Of a stretch of DNA of 50,793 nt, positions 38,498 through 50,792 are shown in pieces. Numbering within the stretch: the stretch's first letter is position 1; each line of letters opens with the position of its first letter. The notes under the pieces were generated by a model. The model searched no databases. It was not told the DNA's origin and saw only the letters and a program-made list of their open reading frames with translations. The position numbers were made by a program, and so were the translations under genes. Origin of the DNA: Oscillospiraceae bacterium (lineage in GTDB: Bacteria > Bacillota > Clostridia > Oscillospirales > CAG-272); contig SVTI01000003.1 of the NCBI GenBank assembly GCA_015063855.1, positions 1 to 50,793 on the forward strand. The letters are read 5' to 3'.

Positions 38498-39175
38498 ATG
38501 TTTAAAAAGATATTAAAAATTACAATTATAGTATGTCTGTGTATTGCTGTATTGGCCACGGTGATACTTCTCGGCATTAACTTTTATATCAAAGGCAAGA
38601 CCGATGATAGAATAATATCAGCAGAACGGGCAAAGAAGCTTGATGACATCGATTGCATACTTATACTCGGTGCAGGCGTACGGGCTGACGGTACACCCAG
38701 TCTTATGCTTAGCGACAGACTTGAAGCAGGAATTTCTCTATATGAGAAGGGCGTATCTCCCAAGATATTAATGAGCGGAGATCATGGTACTAAAGGCTAT
38801 GATGAGGTCAATACTATGAAGAATATAGCATTGAATGATTACTCTGTTCCCTCCGAGGATATATTTATGGATCATGCAGGCTTCAGCACATACGACAGTA
38901 TGTACAGAGCCAAGGAAATTTTTCAAGCGGATAAAATAATCATAGTAACTCAGGATTTTCACCTTCCCAGAGCCTTATATATTGCGGGAGAGCTGGGGAT
39001 AGAAGCCTACGGTGTTTCTGCCTCGCTTCGTGAATATACAGGTCTATGGTTAAATGAGCTTCGTGAGGTTCCTGCGAGATCTAAGGACTATTTCATGACA
39101 CTGTTCAATGTAGATCCCGTGTGTCTCGGTGAGGTAATCCCGATTTCGGGAGACGGAAATCTTACTAATGATTGA
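38498..39175 (+). CDS. SanA/YdcF/ElyC (DUF218) family protein
   Basis: N-terminal TM helix; ILGAGV, L.DRL, MSGDHG..YDEV, DHAGFSTYDSMYRA and TQDFHLPRA motifs. Confidence 0.92.
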   Translation: MFKKILKITIIVCLCIAVLATVILLGINFYIKGKTDDRIISAERAKKLDDIDCILILGAGVRADGTPSLMLSDRLEAGISLYEKGVSPKILMSGDHGTKGYDEVNTMKNIALNDYSVPSEDIFMDHAGFSTYDSMYRAKEIFQADKIIIVTQDFHLPRALYIAGELGIEAYGVSASLREYTGLWLNELREVPARSKDYFMTLFNVDPVCLGEVIPISGDGNLTND

Positions 39176-39177
39176 TT

Positions 39178-39212
39178 AATAAACGCACCTGACACAATCA
39201 GGTGCGTTTATT
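39178..39212 (+). terminator. Rho-independent terminator
   Basis: AATAAACGCACCTGA-CACAA-TCAGGTGCGTTTATT perfect 15-bp stem. Confidence 0.8.
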
Positions 39213-39213
39213 G

Positions 39214-39263
39214 TTGACTTTTTAATAGTAATAATGTACAATTATTATGAAGCTAGGTAAATT
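39214..39263 (+). promoter_or_regulatory. Promoter and conserved leader motif of paralog 2
   Basis: TTGACT-17-TACAAT followed by TATGAAGCTAGGTAAATT. Confidence 0.65.
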
Positions 39264-39284
39264 TAATATTTTTAGGAGTTTGAA

Positions 39285-42200
39285 ATGAAGAAGTTTATTA
39301 GTATCATTTTAATTATTCTCTGTGTGGCTTCCCTGCTTTCTGTCAATGTGTTCGGTTATGCCGCTTCCGTTGATGAAAATCCACCCGTTACTATGCCGAA
39401 AAGTACACCCGTTATTGATGGAGTTATTGAGAACAGCGGTGAATGGTCAGAGCATGCTGACTTTAACGATGCGACCTTTGGTCGTTTCTGGAGCTGGAAT
39501 GCGCCTACATCTGAAGCGAAGCTGTATTTCGCCTATAATACCAACGGTCTTTTCTTTGCCGCTGATATTACCGATAACCATCCCGAAAACGGCTTTGTAC
39601 CCTCCACAGGTTATGACAACGTAAATCCCAGCGGTTCAACCAAGCCTTATGGATTTAACGGTGATGTTATGACCCTTATGCTTGATGCTTTAGGTGTGTT
39701 TGAGAGAACAAGTACACAAACAACTCCCTGGTATAACGTCGGTATTTACGCTGACGGAAGTGTCAGAGTTTACCGTTCTCAGGTCAATGAGGGTGATATT
39801 ACAGCAAGCTGCTCCACAGCAGGCACCATAACCGAAAGCGGCTGGAGTTTTGAGGTCATGATTCCTTGGAGTACCATTTCTGCTGACGTTACCAAAGCCG
39901 GTAAGAGTGCTTCTGTTTCCAAGCTTTCTGCGATCGGATCTGTTTCCCTAGCATCTGTTATGTATATGGACAGATATAAGACAGGCACAGGAGCTACCGA
40001 CACTTGGGGTAGATTTATTACCGTATGCGAAAGCACCTATGACGGTACAAACGGTTGCTATACAAACGGTGTTGTTGCCAAATCCTACGGTCTTGTACTT
40101 AATCATAGCGATGTAGCGCATAAATGGGGAGATTGGGAGATATCCGAGTCGCCGACCTGTAATTCTGACGGCTTTGAGATCAGATATTGTTCTCATTGTA
40201 CAGCTACTAAGATCAAAGCTATCCCCGCTCTCGGTCATATCGAAGGTGAAACAGTTACCGTTGACTCTACTTGTATCTCCAACGGCTCTGTAACTCAGTA
40301 TTGCGGCAGATGTAATGCTGTGCTTTCTCAGGAGATAACACAAGCCTCGGGTCACTCTATGAGTGATTGGTATACTTATATTGAGCCAACCGACTCCGAA
40401 AACGGTGTTGAGAGAAACAGTTGCGAGTATTGCGATTACTATGAGGAAAGAGTGATTCCCGCACTTGCTGTTCCCTATCTTTATTTTGAGGGCGGCTATG
40501 ATGTAATGATCACATTAGCAGACAATATAACAGCAATCAGATATGCAAGCGGTGTATATACCACATCCACCGAAATTAAAAACGCTCCCGACTGTGTGAA
40601 CTTAAGCGCAGCTGTTATTAAGAATAATACTGCCGGCGGTATCTTTACCCGTACCATGCCCGACGGAGGTGTATATACCTTCTGGATGAAGATGGCTGAC
40701 GGCAAGGAGTATATCCGCAGTATCGATATATCGAAGATGACTCCTAAGGTAAGTGCCGACGGTGTTACTGTCGCCGTGAGTAATCTCTACGGAGTCAAGG
40801 ATGTATTTATTGCCGAGGGTGATTATTCCACATATACAGAAATCAATGCAAATAAAATAGTTCGTCTTACCGAAACAAAATTGAGCGGTAAGCACAGCTA
40901 TTCCTATGTTGTTTCCAATCCCGGTACACATTCGATCTGTATCCGATTTAATGATACCACAAGGGCTAATATAATCACAAAGATCGATTTAACCGTAGTT
41001 GAGCCTGTTTTCACCAATAACGGCTTACAAGTCAAGCTCTCTAATCTTGAAGGTGTTAAGGTTGTCCGTACAGCATACGGTGAGTACAATACCCCCGGTG
41101 AGATAAAGAGAGCTGAAGGTCAGCGCTCCTTCTCAGGTAAAAACGATCTTAAGGATAAAAGCGAATATACCATTCAGTATCGTGAAAATGGAATTGTTAC
41201 TGTGGGTATTCAGTACAATAATGGCTATGTTGTAATGTACAGATATGACGTAGCTAAGAAGTCTCCTACCTTCACACAGTTAAAAAATACTGTTAAGATA
41301 GGTAATCTTGACGGACTTCAGGTTGTTAGATATGCAAGCGGTGTATATTCCACCTCCTCTGAGATCAAGAACGCTCCCGATTGCGTAACTATAAAGAATA
41401 ATCAGGTAGTAAACGGCTACATCAATGTTACACTTCCCGCAGGTACATATACCTTCGTGGTTCAGTATACAGATGAAAGCTATAACTATTATACCGTAAC
41501 AGTTGAAGACCAGTATATTGATGCTATCAATATTGCTGATACCCGTCAGCTTATGATGGATGATCTTCTCATAGATACCGACTATAGTGATACTTCTCTT
41601 CTTCTTGAGAATGCTGTTAAGAAAGAAGTAGTATTTACATTCAATAAGTCATATGAAACAGGCGGTATCGTATTCCCCAATATTGTAGAAATGCCTGAAG
41701 GCGGATACAGAATGTACTATACTGCTTTCTCAGGCAGACGTCGTGTTTGCTATATTGAGAGTAATGACGGCATCAAGTGGACACGTCCCAACCTCAGATC
41801 AAATACCTTCAACGGTGACAGCTATACCAATATTGTTACAAGTGAGGTTGTCAGCCCCTCCGCACTTTATGTTTTCTATGATGAAAACGCAGGTGCGCTT
41901 CGAGGTGTATACGGTCAGTGGGCGGACGGAATGTTCCTTGAATACACCAATAATAACGGTGATTACTTTGAATTCTGGCCTAATGAAGCTAAGATGATGG
42001 GTAAGCCCGAGGAAACAGGCGGATGTTATTTTGATACTCTCAATACTGTATATTATGATGAAGTTAAGGGTAAATATATTTCCTATGTAAGAGGCTTCCA
42101 TGTAGGCGATAATTATAACCTCACCCGTGAATATGTTGAGGCTAATCCCGATAAGATCATCCGTGATATAAGATACTCGGAAAGTGATGACTGTATTAAC

Positions 42201-42830
42201 TGGACGACTCCGATTCCGCTTAACTATGATGACGCTATCGACTACCAGATGTACGCAAATGCCGTTATTCCCTACTACCGTGCACCCGAAACCTATATCG
42301 GTATGCCTACCCACTTCGTATATGATGTAGCGGCAGGCGAGAAGTGGACTGATGTTTACTTTATGTCAAGCCGTGACGGTTTGAATTGGAACAGAAGCGA
42401 CAAACCCTTTATCGCGCCCGCCAACGGTCAAATGTATGTATATCCTGATTGCGGTTATCCTACAGTAGGTCTGATAGAAACCTCTGATCGTGAGATATCC
42501 TTCTATATGGATGAATATGATGCATCCAAGAAGTGTGATATTCTCTACAGATATACAGTTCGTATAGACGGCTTTATGTCGGCACAGGGTAATACACTTA
42601 TTACTAAGCCTATTATATTCAGCGGCGACAGTCTTGAAATAAACTATAGCGGTACAATGAATGTTACAGTAGCTGATTTTAACGGAAACAGCATTACAAC
42701 CGGTTGGTTTACAGGAGATGAGATTACCAAGAATCTCAATCTTGATCTTTTGGCCTATGAAGGCAAAGAGGTTACAGTAACATTTGAGATGAAGAATGGT
42801 ACAAAACTCTATTCCTTTAAATTCAATTAA
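39285..42830 (+). CDS. Large secreted multidomain glycosidase-like protein (paralog 2 of 20584-24165)
   Basis: Collinear with the 1193-aa protein along its whole length, e.g. YGFNGDVM.LMLDA, TPWYN.GIYADGSV, IQYRENG.VT.GIQYNNGYVVMY, GCYFDTLNT and RDIRYSESDDCINW. Confidence 0.8.
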   Translation: MKKFISIILIILCVASLLSVNVFGYAASVDENPPVTMPKSTPVIDGVIENSGEWSEHADFNDATFGRFWSWNAPTSEAKLYFAYNTNGLFFAADITDNHPENGFVPSTGYDNVNPSGSTKPYGFNGDVMTLMLDALGVFERTSTQTTPWYNVGIYADGSVRVYRSQVNEGDITASCSTAGTITESGWSFEVMIPWSTISADVTKAGKSASVSKLSAIGSVSLASVMYMDRYKTGTGATDTWGRFITVCESTYDGTNGCYTNGVVAKSYGLVLNHSDVAHKWGDWEISESPTCNSDGFEIRYCSHCTATKIKAIPALGHIEGETVTVDSTCISNGSVTQYCGRCNAVLSQEITQASGHSMSDWYTYIEPTDSENGVERNSCEYCDYYEERVIPALAVPYLYFEGGYDVMITLADNITAIRYASGVYTTSTEIKNAPDCVNLSAAVIKNNTAGGIFTRTMPDGGVYTFWMKMADGKEYIRSIDISKMTPKVSADGVTVAVSNLYGVKDVFIAEGDYSTYTEINANKIVRLTETKLSGKHSYSYVVSNPGTHSICIRFNDTTRANIITKIDLTVVEPVFTNNGLQVKLSNLEGVKVVRTAYGEYNTPGEIKRAEGQRSFSGKNDLKDKSEYTIQYRENGIVTVGIQYNNGYVVMYRYDVAKKSPTFTQLKNTVKIGNLDGLQVVRYASGVYSTSSEIKNAPDCVTIKNNQVVNGYINVTLPAGTYTFVVQYTDESYNYYTVTVEDQYIDAINIADTRQLMMDDLLIDTDYSDTSLLLENAVKKEVVFTFNKSYETGGIVFPNIVEMPEGGYRMYYTAFSGRRRVCYIESNDGIKWTRPNLRSNTFNGDSYTNIVTSEVVSPSALYVFYDENAGALRGVYGQWADGMFLEYTNNNGDYFEFWPNEAKMMGKPEETGGCYFDTLNTVYYDEVKGKYISYVRGFHVGDNYNLTREYVEANPDKIIRDIRYSESDDCINWTTPIPLNYDDAIDYQMYANAVIPYYRAPETYIGMPTHFVYDVAAGEKWTDVYFMSSRDGLNWNRSDKPFIAPANGQMYVYPDCGYPTVGLIETSDREISFYMDEYDASKKCDILYRYTVRIDGFMSAQGNTLITKPIIFSGDSLEINYSGTMNVTVADFNGNSITTGWFTGDEITKNLNLDLLAYEGKEVTVTFEMKNGTKLYSFKFN

Positions 42831-42834
42831 ACAC

Positions 42835-42864
42835 AAAAAAAGCTCCGAGAAATCGGAGCTTTTT
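42835..42864. terminator. Bidirectional terminator
   Basis: AAAAAAGCTCCGA-GAAA-TCGGAGCTTTTT stem-loop. Confidence 0.85.
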
Positions 42865-42960
42865 AATATATAGGAAATTGCGTTACTTCGGGCACTTGAA
42901 GAAGCAGAATTATGCACGATTCATGCCCGATCATCGGTGCGGGCCGGCGCCCGCTTTTTT
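42859..42960. repeat. Solo type-B repeat unit (inverted relative to 6842-6943)
   Basis: CTTTTTAATATATAGGAAATTGC...TTCGGGCACTTGAAG-var-TTCATGCCCGATCATCGGTGCGGGCCGGCGCCCGCTTTTTT. Confidence 0.88.
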
Positions 42961-42973
42961 TATTAAAAATAAA

Positions 42974-44491
<1,518 letters not shown>

Positions 44492-44641
44492 TCATCACAA
44501 GTCAACAGTATTTTAAATTAATTTTTCTTGAACTTACGAGTTATTTTCTGTTAATATCACAAACTATCAATATCTTCGACAATGCTTGAAATAATTATCA
44601 ACATGTGATATAATAAATTTAATTTAGTGTAAGGAGCTAGT

Positions 44642-45514
44642 ATGAAGATATTTCAGATAATTAATCCAAAGGCAGGACATGGTGATGCCGTTAATGCTGA
44701 TATTAACAAAGAAAGCATAATTAAATATACTACAAAATCCGTTGGTGATGCACAAAGATATGTAAAAGAATGCTGTCTTAATTACCGGGGTCAGCTCCGA
44801 TTTATTGTATGCGGCGGTGATGGTACGCTTAACGAGGTTGTTAACGGAATAATGTCAGCCGAGGCAAATGACAGAGCGGCATTCTCGGTTATGCCTACGG
44901 GAAGCGGTAATGATTTTGTTCGTGCCTTCAAGGATAAAAAGGGTGAACATCTGATTGATCTTATAAAATACAACGGCAGATATGCAGCTAATATGCTAAA
45001 TATCGGTTTTGACTGCGATGTTGTTGAAAAAACTTCTTTATATAAAAACAAAAAGCTCATTTCCGGTTCAACGGCATATATCCTCGGAGTTGCAAACGTA
45101 CTCTTCCATAAGATGGGCAAGAATTTCAAGATAACAGTAACCGATCGAATGGATAGAGTAAAGATTTACGATAATCCTGTGCTTTTAACTGCTATAGGTA
45201 ATCTTCCCTATTGCGGCGGAGGATTCAAGGCGCTTCCTTTAGCAAAAGCTAACGACGGACTCCTTGATTTGCTCATTGTTTCAAAGATATCCAGAGCTAA
45301 ATTTATTGCCCTTGTAGGTGATTACCGAAAGGGTACATTTATGAATGCGAACACATGTAAACCGGTCGATAAATTCAAAAATGTTATCAAATACGAAAAG
45401 TGCAAAAAAATCATAATAGAGAACACACAGACAGTATGTGCTGACGGCGAGGTAGAAGCTGCCGAATCTGTAACTGTCGAAGTCATACCCAATGCTATAA
45501 GGTATATAAACTAA
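44642..45514 (+). CDS. Diacylglycerol/lipid kinase, YegS/DgkB family
   Basis: [35 protein letters not shown] and DGE motifs. Confidence 0.92.
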   Translation: MKIFQIINPKAGHGDAVNADINKESIIKYTTKSVGDAQRYVKECCLNYRGQLRFIVCGGDGTLNEVVNGIMSAEANDRAAFSVMPTGSGNDFVRAFKDKKGEHLIDLIKYNGRYAANMLNIGFDCDVVEKTSLYKNKKLISGSTAYILGVANVLFHKMGKNFKITVTDRMDRVKIYDNPVLLTAIGNLPYCGGGFKALPLAKANDGLLDLLIVSKISRAKFIALVGDYRKGTFMNANTCKPVDKFKNVIKYEKCKKIIIENTQTVCADGEVEAAESVTVEVIPNAIRYIN

Positions 45515-45515
45515 A

Positions 45516-47003
45516 ATGAACAAGAAATATATTATCGCCCTTGACGGCGGAACCACAAGTTCAAGATGCATAATATTCGACAGAAACGGTAATATCGTTT
45601 CGATTTCGCAGAAGGAATTTACTCAGTACTTCCCTTCGCCCGGTCATGTAGAACACGATGCCGTCGAAATATGGTCAACACAGCTGACCGTATTAAAGGA
45701 AGCGCTTGAGAAGAGTGGCATCAATGCCTGTGAGATAGATTCTATAGGTATCACAAATCAAAGAGAAACAACAATACTTTGGGATAGAAATACGGGTATA
45801 CCTGTATATAATGCAATTGTTTGGCAATGCAGAAGAACTTCACAATACTGTGATCGGCTGAAAAAAAGGGGTTATACAGATATAATAAGAGACAAGACCG
45901 GTCTTGTCATCGATGCCTACTTTTCTGCTACAAAGATCAAATGGATACTCGACAACATTGAGGGTGTAAGAGATAAAGCCCAAAATGGTGATATATTATT
46001 CGGCACTGTAGATACATGGCTTCTATGGAATCTGACGGGTGGTAAGGTTCACGCAACAGATTATTCTAATGCGGCAAGAACGATGCTTTATAACATAAAC
46101 GAGCTTTGTTGGGACAAAGACCTTCTAAAGTTATTCGATATTCCGGAATCCATACTCCCAACGGTAAAGCCGTCTAGTTGCCACTTCGGAAGCACAGATC
46201 TCTCACTTTTCGGCCACGAGATAGCTATATGTGGCATTGCAGGTGATCAGCAGGCGGCACTTTTCGGTCAGACCTGCTTTGCAAAAGGTGAAGCCAAAAA
46301 CACTTATGGTACGGGATGCTTCCTTCTTCTTAATATAGGAGATAAACCACATATTAACAAAAACGGCCTTATATCAACGATAGCATGGGGTATTAATAAC
46401 AAGATAACCTATGCACTTGAAGGCTCGGTATTTGTAGGAGGTGCGGTTATCCAATGGCTTCGCGATCAAATGCAATTTATCACTTCTGCGGCTGACAGCG
46501 AGCTTGTAGCCGCAAAGCTAAAGAACAATGAAGGGGTTTATTTTGTCCCGGCATTCACAGGCTTGGGCGCACCCTACTGGGATCAGTACGCCAAGGGAAC
46601 AATAGTAGGTATGACAAGAGGATCTAACCCATCGCATATCGTAAGAGCGGCTCTTGAATCTATTGCATATCAAAGCTATGATGTAATAAAAGCCATGGAA
46701 AGCTCCTGCGGTATAAAGCTAAAGGAGCTCAACGTCGACGGAGGCGCATGCGCTAACGACCTTCTAATGCAGTTCCAAGCCGACATTTTATGCTCGCGTA
46801 TCACAAGACCTCTGTGTATCGAATCAACTGCCCTCGGTGCGGCATATCTTTCAGGTCTTGAAACAGGATTTTTTGCAAGCATGGACGAAATCAAATCAAG
46901 AAAATCTGTCTCAAAACAGTTTATACCAAATATGAGCGAAATTGATATAAAAAATAATCTTGACGGTTGGCATAATGCGATACAGAGAACACTGACAAAA
47001 TGA
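45516..47003 (+). CDS. glpK: Glycerol kinase
   Basis: [45 protein letters not shown] and [12 protein letters not shown] motifs. Confidence 0.97.
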   Translation: MNKKYIIALDGGTTSSRCIIFDRNGNIVSISQKEFTQYFPSPGHVEHDAVEIWSTQLTVLKEALEKSGINACEIDSIGITNQRETTILWDRNTGIPVYNAIVWQCRRTSQYCDRLKKRGYTDIIRDKTGLVIDAYFSATKIKWILDNIEGVRDKAQNGDILFGTVDTWLLWNLTGGKVHATDYSNAARTMLYNINELCWDKDLLKLFDIPESILPTVKPSSCHFGSTDLSLFGHEIAICGIAGDQQAALFGQTCFAKGEAKNTYGTGCFLLLNIGDKPHINKNGLISTIAWGINNKITYALEGSVFVGGAVIQWLRDQMQFITSAADSELVAAKLKNNEGVYFVPAFTGLGAPYWDQYAKGTIVGMTRGSNPSHIVRAALESIAYQSYDVIKAMESSCGIKLKELNVDGGACANDLLMQFQADILCSRITRPLCIESTALGAAYLSGLETGFFASMDEIKSRKSVSKQFIPNMSEIDIKNNLDGWHNAIQRTLTK

Positions 47004-47527
47004 GAAAATACAGACAACTGACAATATCTGCCTTAATAGCAGCAATACTGTGTATACTTTCACCGTTTTCTTTGCCCGTATTCGGTATTATTCCCATAAC
47101 ACTTGCAACACTTGTTATATACCTGACAGTATCGGTATTTGAACCGAAAATATCCGTACTGAGTGTATGCCTGTACGTTCTTATTGGGATAATAGGACTT
47201 CCTGTATTTTCGGGATTCAGGGGAGGTATCGGAGCGATCTTGTCACCGACGGGAGGTTTCATCCTTGGTTACATTCCTATGACGGTTATATCATCTCTGT
47301 TATTAAAAATTAACCGCGTTTCTTATTTATGGAATATCATAACCATGATAATTTCAACACTGGTTTTATACTCGATTGGTACATTATGGTTTATATTGCT
47401 TACAGATTCAAGCATAAAAACAGCTATCACAGTATGTATTCTTCCCTTTATCATCGGTGATAGCATAAAGATCTTACTTTCAACGGTTTTAACTAAAATT
47501 GTTAAAAAAAGAATAATAGAAATTTAA
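47000..47527 (+). CDS. bioY: Biotin ECF transporter S component
   Basis: [19 protein letters not shown]....PTGGFILGY and PFIIGD.IK motifs. Confidence 0.9.
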   Translation: MRKYRQLTISALIAAILCILSPFSLPVFGIIPITLATLVIYLTVSVFEPKISVLSVCLYVLIGIIGLPVFSGFRGGIGAILSPTGGFILGYIPMTVISSLLLKINRVSYLWNIITMIISTLVLYSIGTLWFILLTDSSIKTAITVCILPFIIGDSIKILLSTVLTKIVKKRIIEI

Positions 47528-47559
47528 AGAGAATTTTGTAATAAAAATTCTCTTTTCTA

Positions 47560-47588
47560 TTGCCAAAAAAGATAAAATATAGTATAAT
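47560..47588 (+). promoter_or_regulatory. sigmaA promoter of the Na/Pi cotransporter gene
   Basis: TTGCCA-17-TATAAT, directly after the terminator-like stem at 47526-47557. Confidence 0.65.
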
Positions 47589-47645
47589 TATTTTGTGCAG
47601 AAATGCAAATATTTTGTGAGGTAAAGACTTTAAGTCAAAATCGAA

Positions 47646-49415
47646 ATGGTACAAGTATTGATTCAAATATTTATGCTTCTCGGAGGTCTTGCATTTTTCC
47701 TGTTTGGTATGAATATCATGTCTTCAGGACTTGAAAAGCTTTCTGGCGGTAAACTGCAGCAGGCACTACAAAAGATAACATCTAATCCTGCTAAAGCTAT
47801 GGCTTTGGGTGCAGGTATCACTATAGCAATCCAGTCCTCCTCGGCGTTAACAGTAATGCTTGTTGGTCTTGTTAACTCAGGTATTATGACCCTCTCCAGC
47901 ACCGTTGGTGTTATTATGGGTTCAAACATCGGTACTACATTAACAGCATGGATACTTTCTCTTGCGGGTATTGAATCCTCCGGACCGATCGCACTGCTTA
48001 AGCCCAGCTCCTTCTCCCCCCTTGTTGCCTTCATCGGTATAGCATTTATTATGATGGCAAAGAGTACCAAGAAGAAGGACCTTGGCCATATACTTGTTGG
48101 TTTTGGTGTACTTATGTTCGGTATGGAGCTTATGGGTGATGCTATGGATCCCATATCCGAGTTTGCTAAGACAAATCCTGAATCCTTTGAATCGATCCTT
48201 TCTATATTTAATAATCCGATTGTAGGTGTTCTTGTCGGTGCTGTGTTTACCGGTATTATACAGAGTTCAGCAGCTTCTGTTGCTATTCTTCAGAACCTCG
48301 CACTTAAGACCGGTGCTGTCAGCTTTGGTATGGCTATTCCGATAATTATGGGTCAGAATATCGGTACATGTGTAACATCTCTTATTTCAAGTATCGGTGT
48401 TAACAAAAACGCAAAGCGTGTTGCATGTATACATATTCTCTTTAATGTCATCGGTACATGTATAGTATTACTTCTTTATATTCCCGCATTTTTCATACTT
48501 AAAGATTTTCTGTCAACGGATACTACTCCCTTTACTATAGCAGTAGCGCATTCTGTATTTAATGTATTTACAACCTTACTTCTTCTCCCCTTCCAGAAAT
48601 TACTCGTAAAGCTTGCTAATATAATCATTAAAGACAAGCCCGGCAAAGAAGAAAAATATACCTTCATCGACGACAGACTTCTCAATACCCCCTCCTTTGC
48701 AATTTCCGAATGTAACAACCGTTGTATCGAAATGGCAAGTAAGGCTGAGACCGCTATCATTTCTGCAATCAATCTCTGCGGTAACTACGATGAGAGACGT
48801 GCCAACGATATAATAACACTTGAAAACGATATTGATACCTATGAAGATAAATTAGGCACCTTCCTCGTAAAGCTTTCCAAAAACGAACTTTCGGATAAGG
48901 ACAGCGCCGAAGTATCACGTATGCTTCACTCTATCGGTGATTTTGAAAGACTCGGTGACCATGCGGTTAATCTTATAAAGGCTGCTCAGGAAATGCATGA
49001 TAAGAAGCTTGGGTTCAGCGAGGATGCACTTGCTGATCTTCAGGTTGCTCACAGAGCATTAACCGATATCGTCAAACTTACAATGGAAGCGTATATAAAG
49101 AACGATCTCGATATGGCAAAGGAGGTTGAACCTCTTGAGCAGGTTATCGACAACATCCTCGCTTCCATCAAATCTCGTCATATTGCAAGACTTCGCGTCG
49201 GCGAGTGTACGATCGAGCATGGTTTTGTTCTTAACGATATGCTTACAAACTTTGAAAGAGTGTCCGACCACTGCTCCAACATCGCTGTCACCATGATAGA
49301 GGTAGTGCAGAATGCTTACGATACTCACGAATATCTCAATGCACTTAAATCAATCGACAACGAGGAATTCAGCGAAAAATACAAGGAGCTCTCAATACAG
49401 TATAAGCTCAGATAA
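47646..49415 (+). CDS. Na+/Pi cotransporter family protein with C-terminal PhoU domains
   Basis: Two QSS(S/A)A repeats, MGSNIGTT and MGQNIGT, and PhoU-like ERLGDHA and ERVSDH motifs. Confidence 0.95.
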   Translation: MVQVLIQIFMLLGGLAFFLFGMNIMSSGLEKLSGGKLQQALQKITSNPAKAMALGAGITIAIQSSSALTVMLVGLVNSGIMTLSSTVGVIMGSNIGTTLTAWILSLAGIESSGPIALLKPSSFSPLVAFIGIAFIMMAKSTKKKDLGHILVGFGVLMFGMELMGDAMDPISEFAKTNPESFESILSIFNNPIVGVLVGAVFTGIIQSSAASVAILQNLALKTGAVSFGMAIPIIMGQNIGTCVTSLISSIGVNKNAKRVACIHILFNVIGTCIVLLLYIPAFFILKDFLSTDTTPFTIAVAHSVFNVFTTLLLLPFQKLLVKLANIIIKDKPGKEEKYTFIDDRLLNTPSFAISECNNRCIEMASKAETAIISAINLCGNYDERRANDIITLENDIDTYEDKLGTFLVKLSKNELSDKDSAEVSRMLHSIGDFERLGDHAVNLIKAAQEMHDKKLGFSEDALADLQVAHRALTDIVKLTMEAYIKNDLDMAKEVEPLEQVIDNILASIKSRHIARLRVGECTIEHGFVLNDMLTNFERVSDHCSNIAVTMIEVVQNAYDTHEYLNALKSIDNEEFSEKYKELSIQYKLR

Positions 49416-49424
49416 GGTAATATC

Positions 49425-49892
49425 ATGTCCATCGAAAAAGCTCGAGAATATTTTGATAAATTCGGAATCGGAAATAAAATACTTGAATTTGATACATCAA
49501 GTGCTACGGTAGAACTCGCAGCACAGGCTGTCGGTACAGAACCTGCAAGGATAGCAAAAACGATGTCCTTTTGGGTAGAGGGTAAAGTAATACTCATCCT
49601 CCTTGCCGGAGATGTAAAGATCGATAATCCAAAATTTAAGGCGCAATTTCACACCAAAGCAAAGATGCTTTCTTTTGATGAGGTTGAGACAAATATCGGA
49701 CACGCTGTCGGCGGAGTATGTCCCTTTGGTATTAATGACGGTATTACGGTATATCTTGACGAATCGCTTAAACGCTTTGAAACGGTATTCCCTGCCGCCG
49801 GAAGCTCCAACAGCGCGATAGAGCTTACAATAGAGGAGCTTGAAAGATATTCTGCTTTCACAGCATGGATCGATGTTGCAAAATATATCTAA
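49425..49892 (+). CDS. YbaK/EbsC family aminoacyl-tRNA deacylase
   Basis: SATVELAA, IAKT, GHAVGGVCPFG and AAGS motifs. Confidence 0.92.
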   Translation: MSIEKAREYFDKFGIGNKILEFDTSSATVELAAQAVGTEPARIAKTMSFWVEGKVILILLAGDVKIDNPKFKAQFHTKAKMLSFDEVETNIGHAVGGVCPFGINDGITVYLDESLKRFETVFPAAGSSNSAIELTIEELERYSAFTAWIDVAKYI

Positions 49893-49907
49893 AATTAATG
49901 AACTAAA

Positions 49908-49933
49908 AAGGAGTTGTCATCAGGCAACTCCTT
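49908..49933. terminator. Terminator between convergent genes
   Basis: AAGGAGTTGTC-ATCA-GGCAACTCCTT stem-loop. Confidence 0.7.
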
Positions 49934-50792
49934 CATCATTATTGTAAACAACGGCTGTTTGAGATTCATTATTTTTATCACTTACTGCATCATCGGGTGA
50001 TTCCTTAACATCTATAAATCCCTCGGTGACATCAAGCTTAAATCTGAAATCAGCAAGAATATCCTTTCTCATATCGTCCTTACCGACAACTGTACGGTAA
50101 AGAGTTATAAGCTTTTCATCATGATCTGTGTTGATAGTAAGCCCCTCGGAATATTCAATGAAGAAATCAAGGGGAACAAACAGCTTACCTTCACTTATAA
50201 ACGTATCGCCGCTTAATCTGACCTTACATTCATTGATATAAGCAAGATCTGTTCCGACGATAAATCGAATTATCTGTGAATCATCATCACGGACGATATA
50301 ACGAAGATCGTCTGTCAATCCGGTTACTGTAAGATTACACATATCAGAAAGTGCCGAAACGGGAATATATACTATTCCGTTTTGCATGGACTCAGTCTCC
50401 GACATATATATCAGATTACTGTAATCGGATTCAAGCTCCTCACCTATCTGTAGCTTGTACTGAACAGGGTCGTCTCCACCGCCAACATGCAGAGATAGGG
50501 CGACAATTCCTGCAACTAAACCAAACAGTACGGCAAAGATCAAAACAAATATCACAATACCGAGCATAATTATTCCTCTTAATTGAGGATTTTTCTTTTT
50601 AATATGGAATTTCTGCTTAGAGGTATTGGTTCTTCTCTTGATCTCAAGATTCTTGATACTACCCTTGATCTTCTTTTCGTTACGAACAGCCTGACGGTTA
50701 GAGGGAGTCTGAGTCCTGATCCTTGCATTAAGCTCCTCGCGGCTGCGTCTCTGCTCATCCGCTCTTTGCTGTCTGGTAGGTTTCTTTTGAGG
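49920..50792 (-). CDS. Membrane-anchored protein with a copper-amine-oxidase N-terminal-like (stalk) domain; 5' end lies outside the window
   Basis: The frame stays open from the window edge (PQKKPTRQQR...LRGII) into the listed 215-aa ORF: basic cytoplasmic segment, TM helix, then NGIVYIPV and EGKLFVPL motifs. Confidence 0.7.
   Translation of the reverse strand, partial: PQKKPTRQQRADEQRRSREELNARIRTQTPSNRQAVRNEKKIKGSIKNLEIKRRTNTSKQKFHIKKKNPQLRGIIMLGIVIFVLIFAVLFGLVAGIVALSLHVGGGDDPVQYKLQIGEELESDYSNLIYMSETESMQNGIVYIPVSALSDMCNLTVTGLTDDLRYIVRDDDSQIIRFIVGTDLAYINECKVRLSGDTFISEGKLFVPLDFFIEYSEGLTINTDHDEKLITLYRTVVGKDDMRKDILADFRFKLDVTEGFIDVKESPDDAVSDKNNESQTAVVYNNDEGVA

Noticed and set aside
24166-39284. 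Invertible segment bounded by the two inverted paralogs
   Set aside because: The paralogs are too diverged at DNA level for obvious long identical tracts, no recombinase is nearby, and the segment carries core genes.
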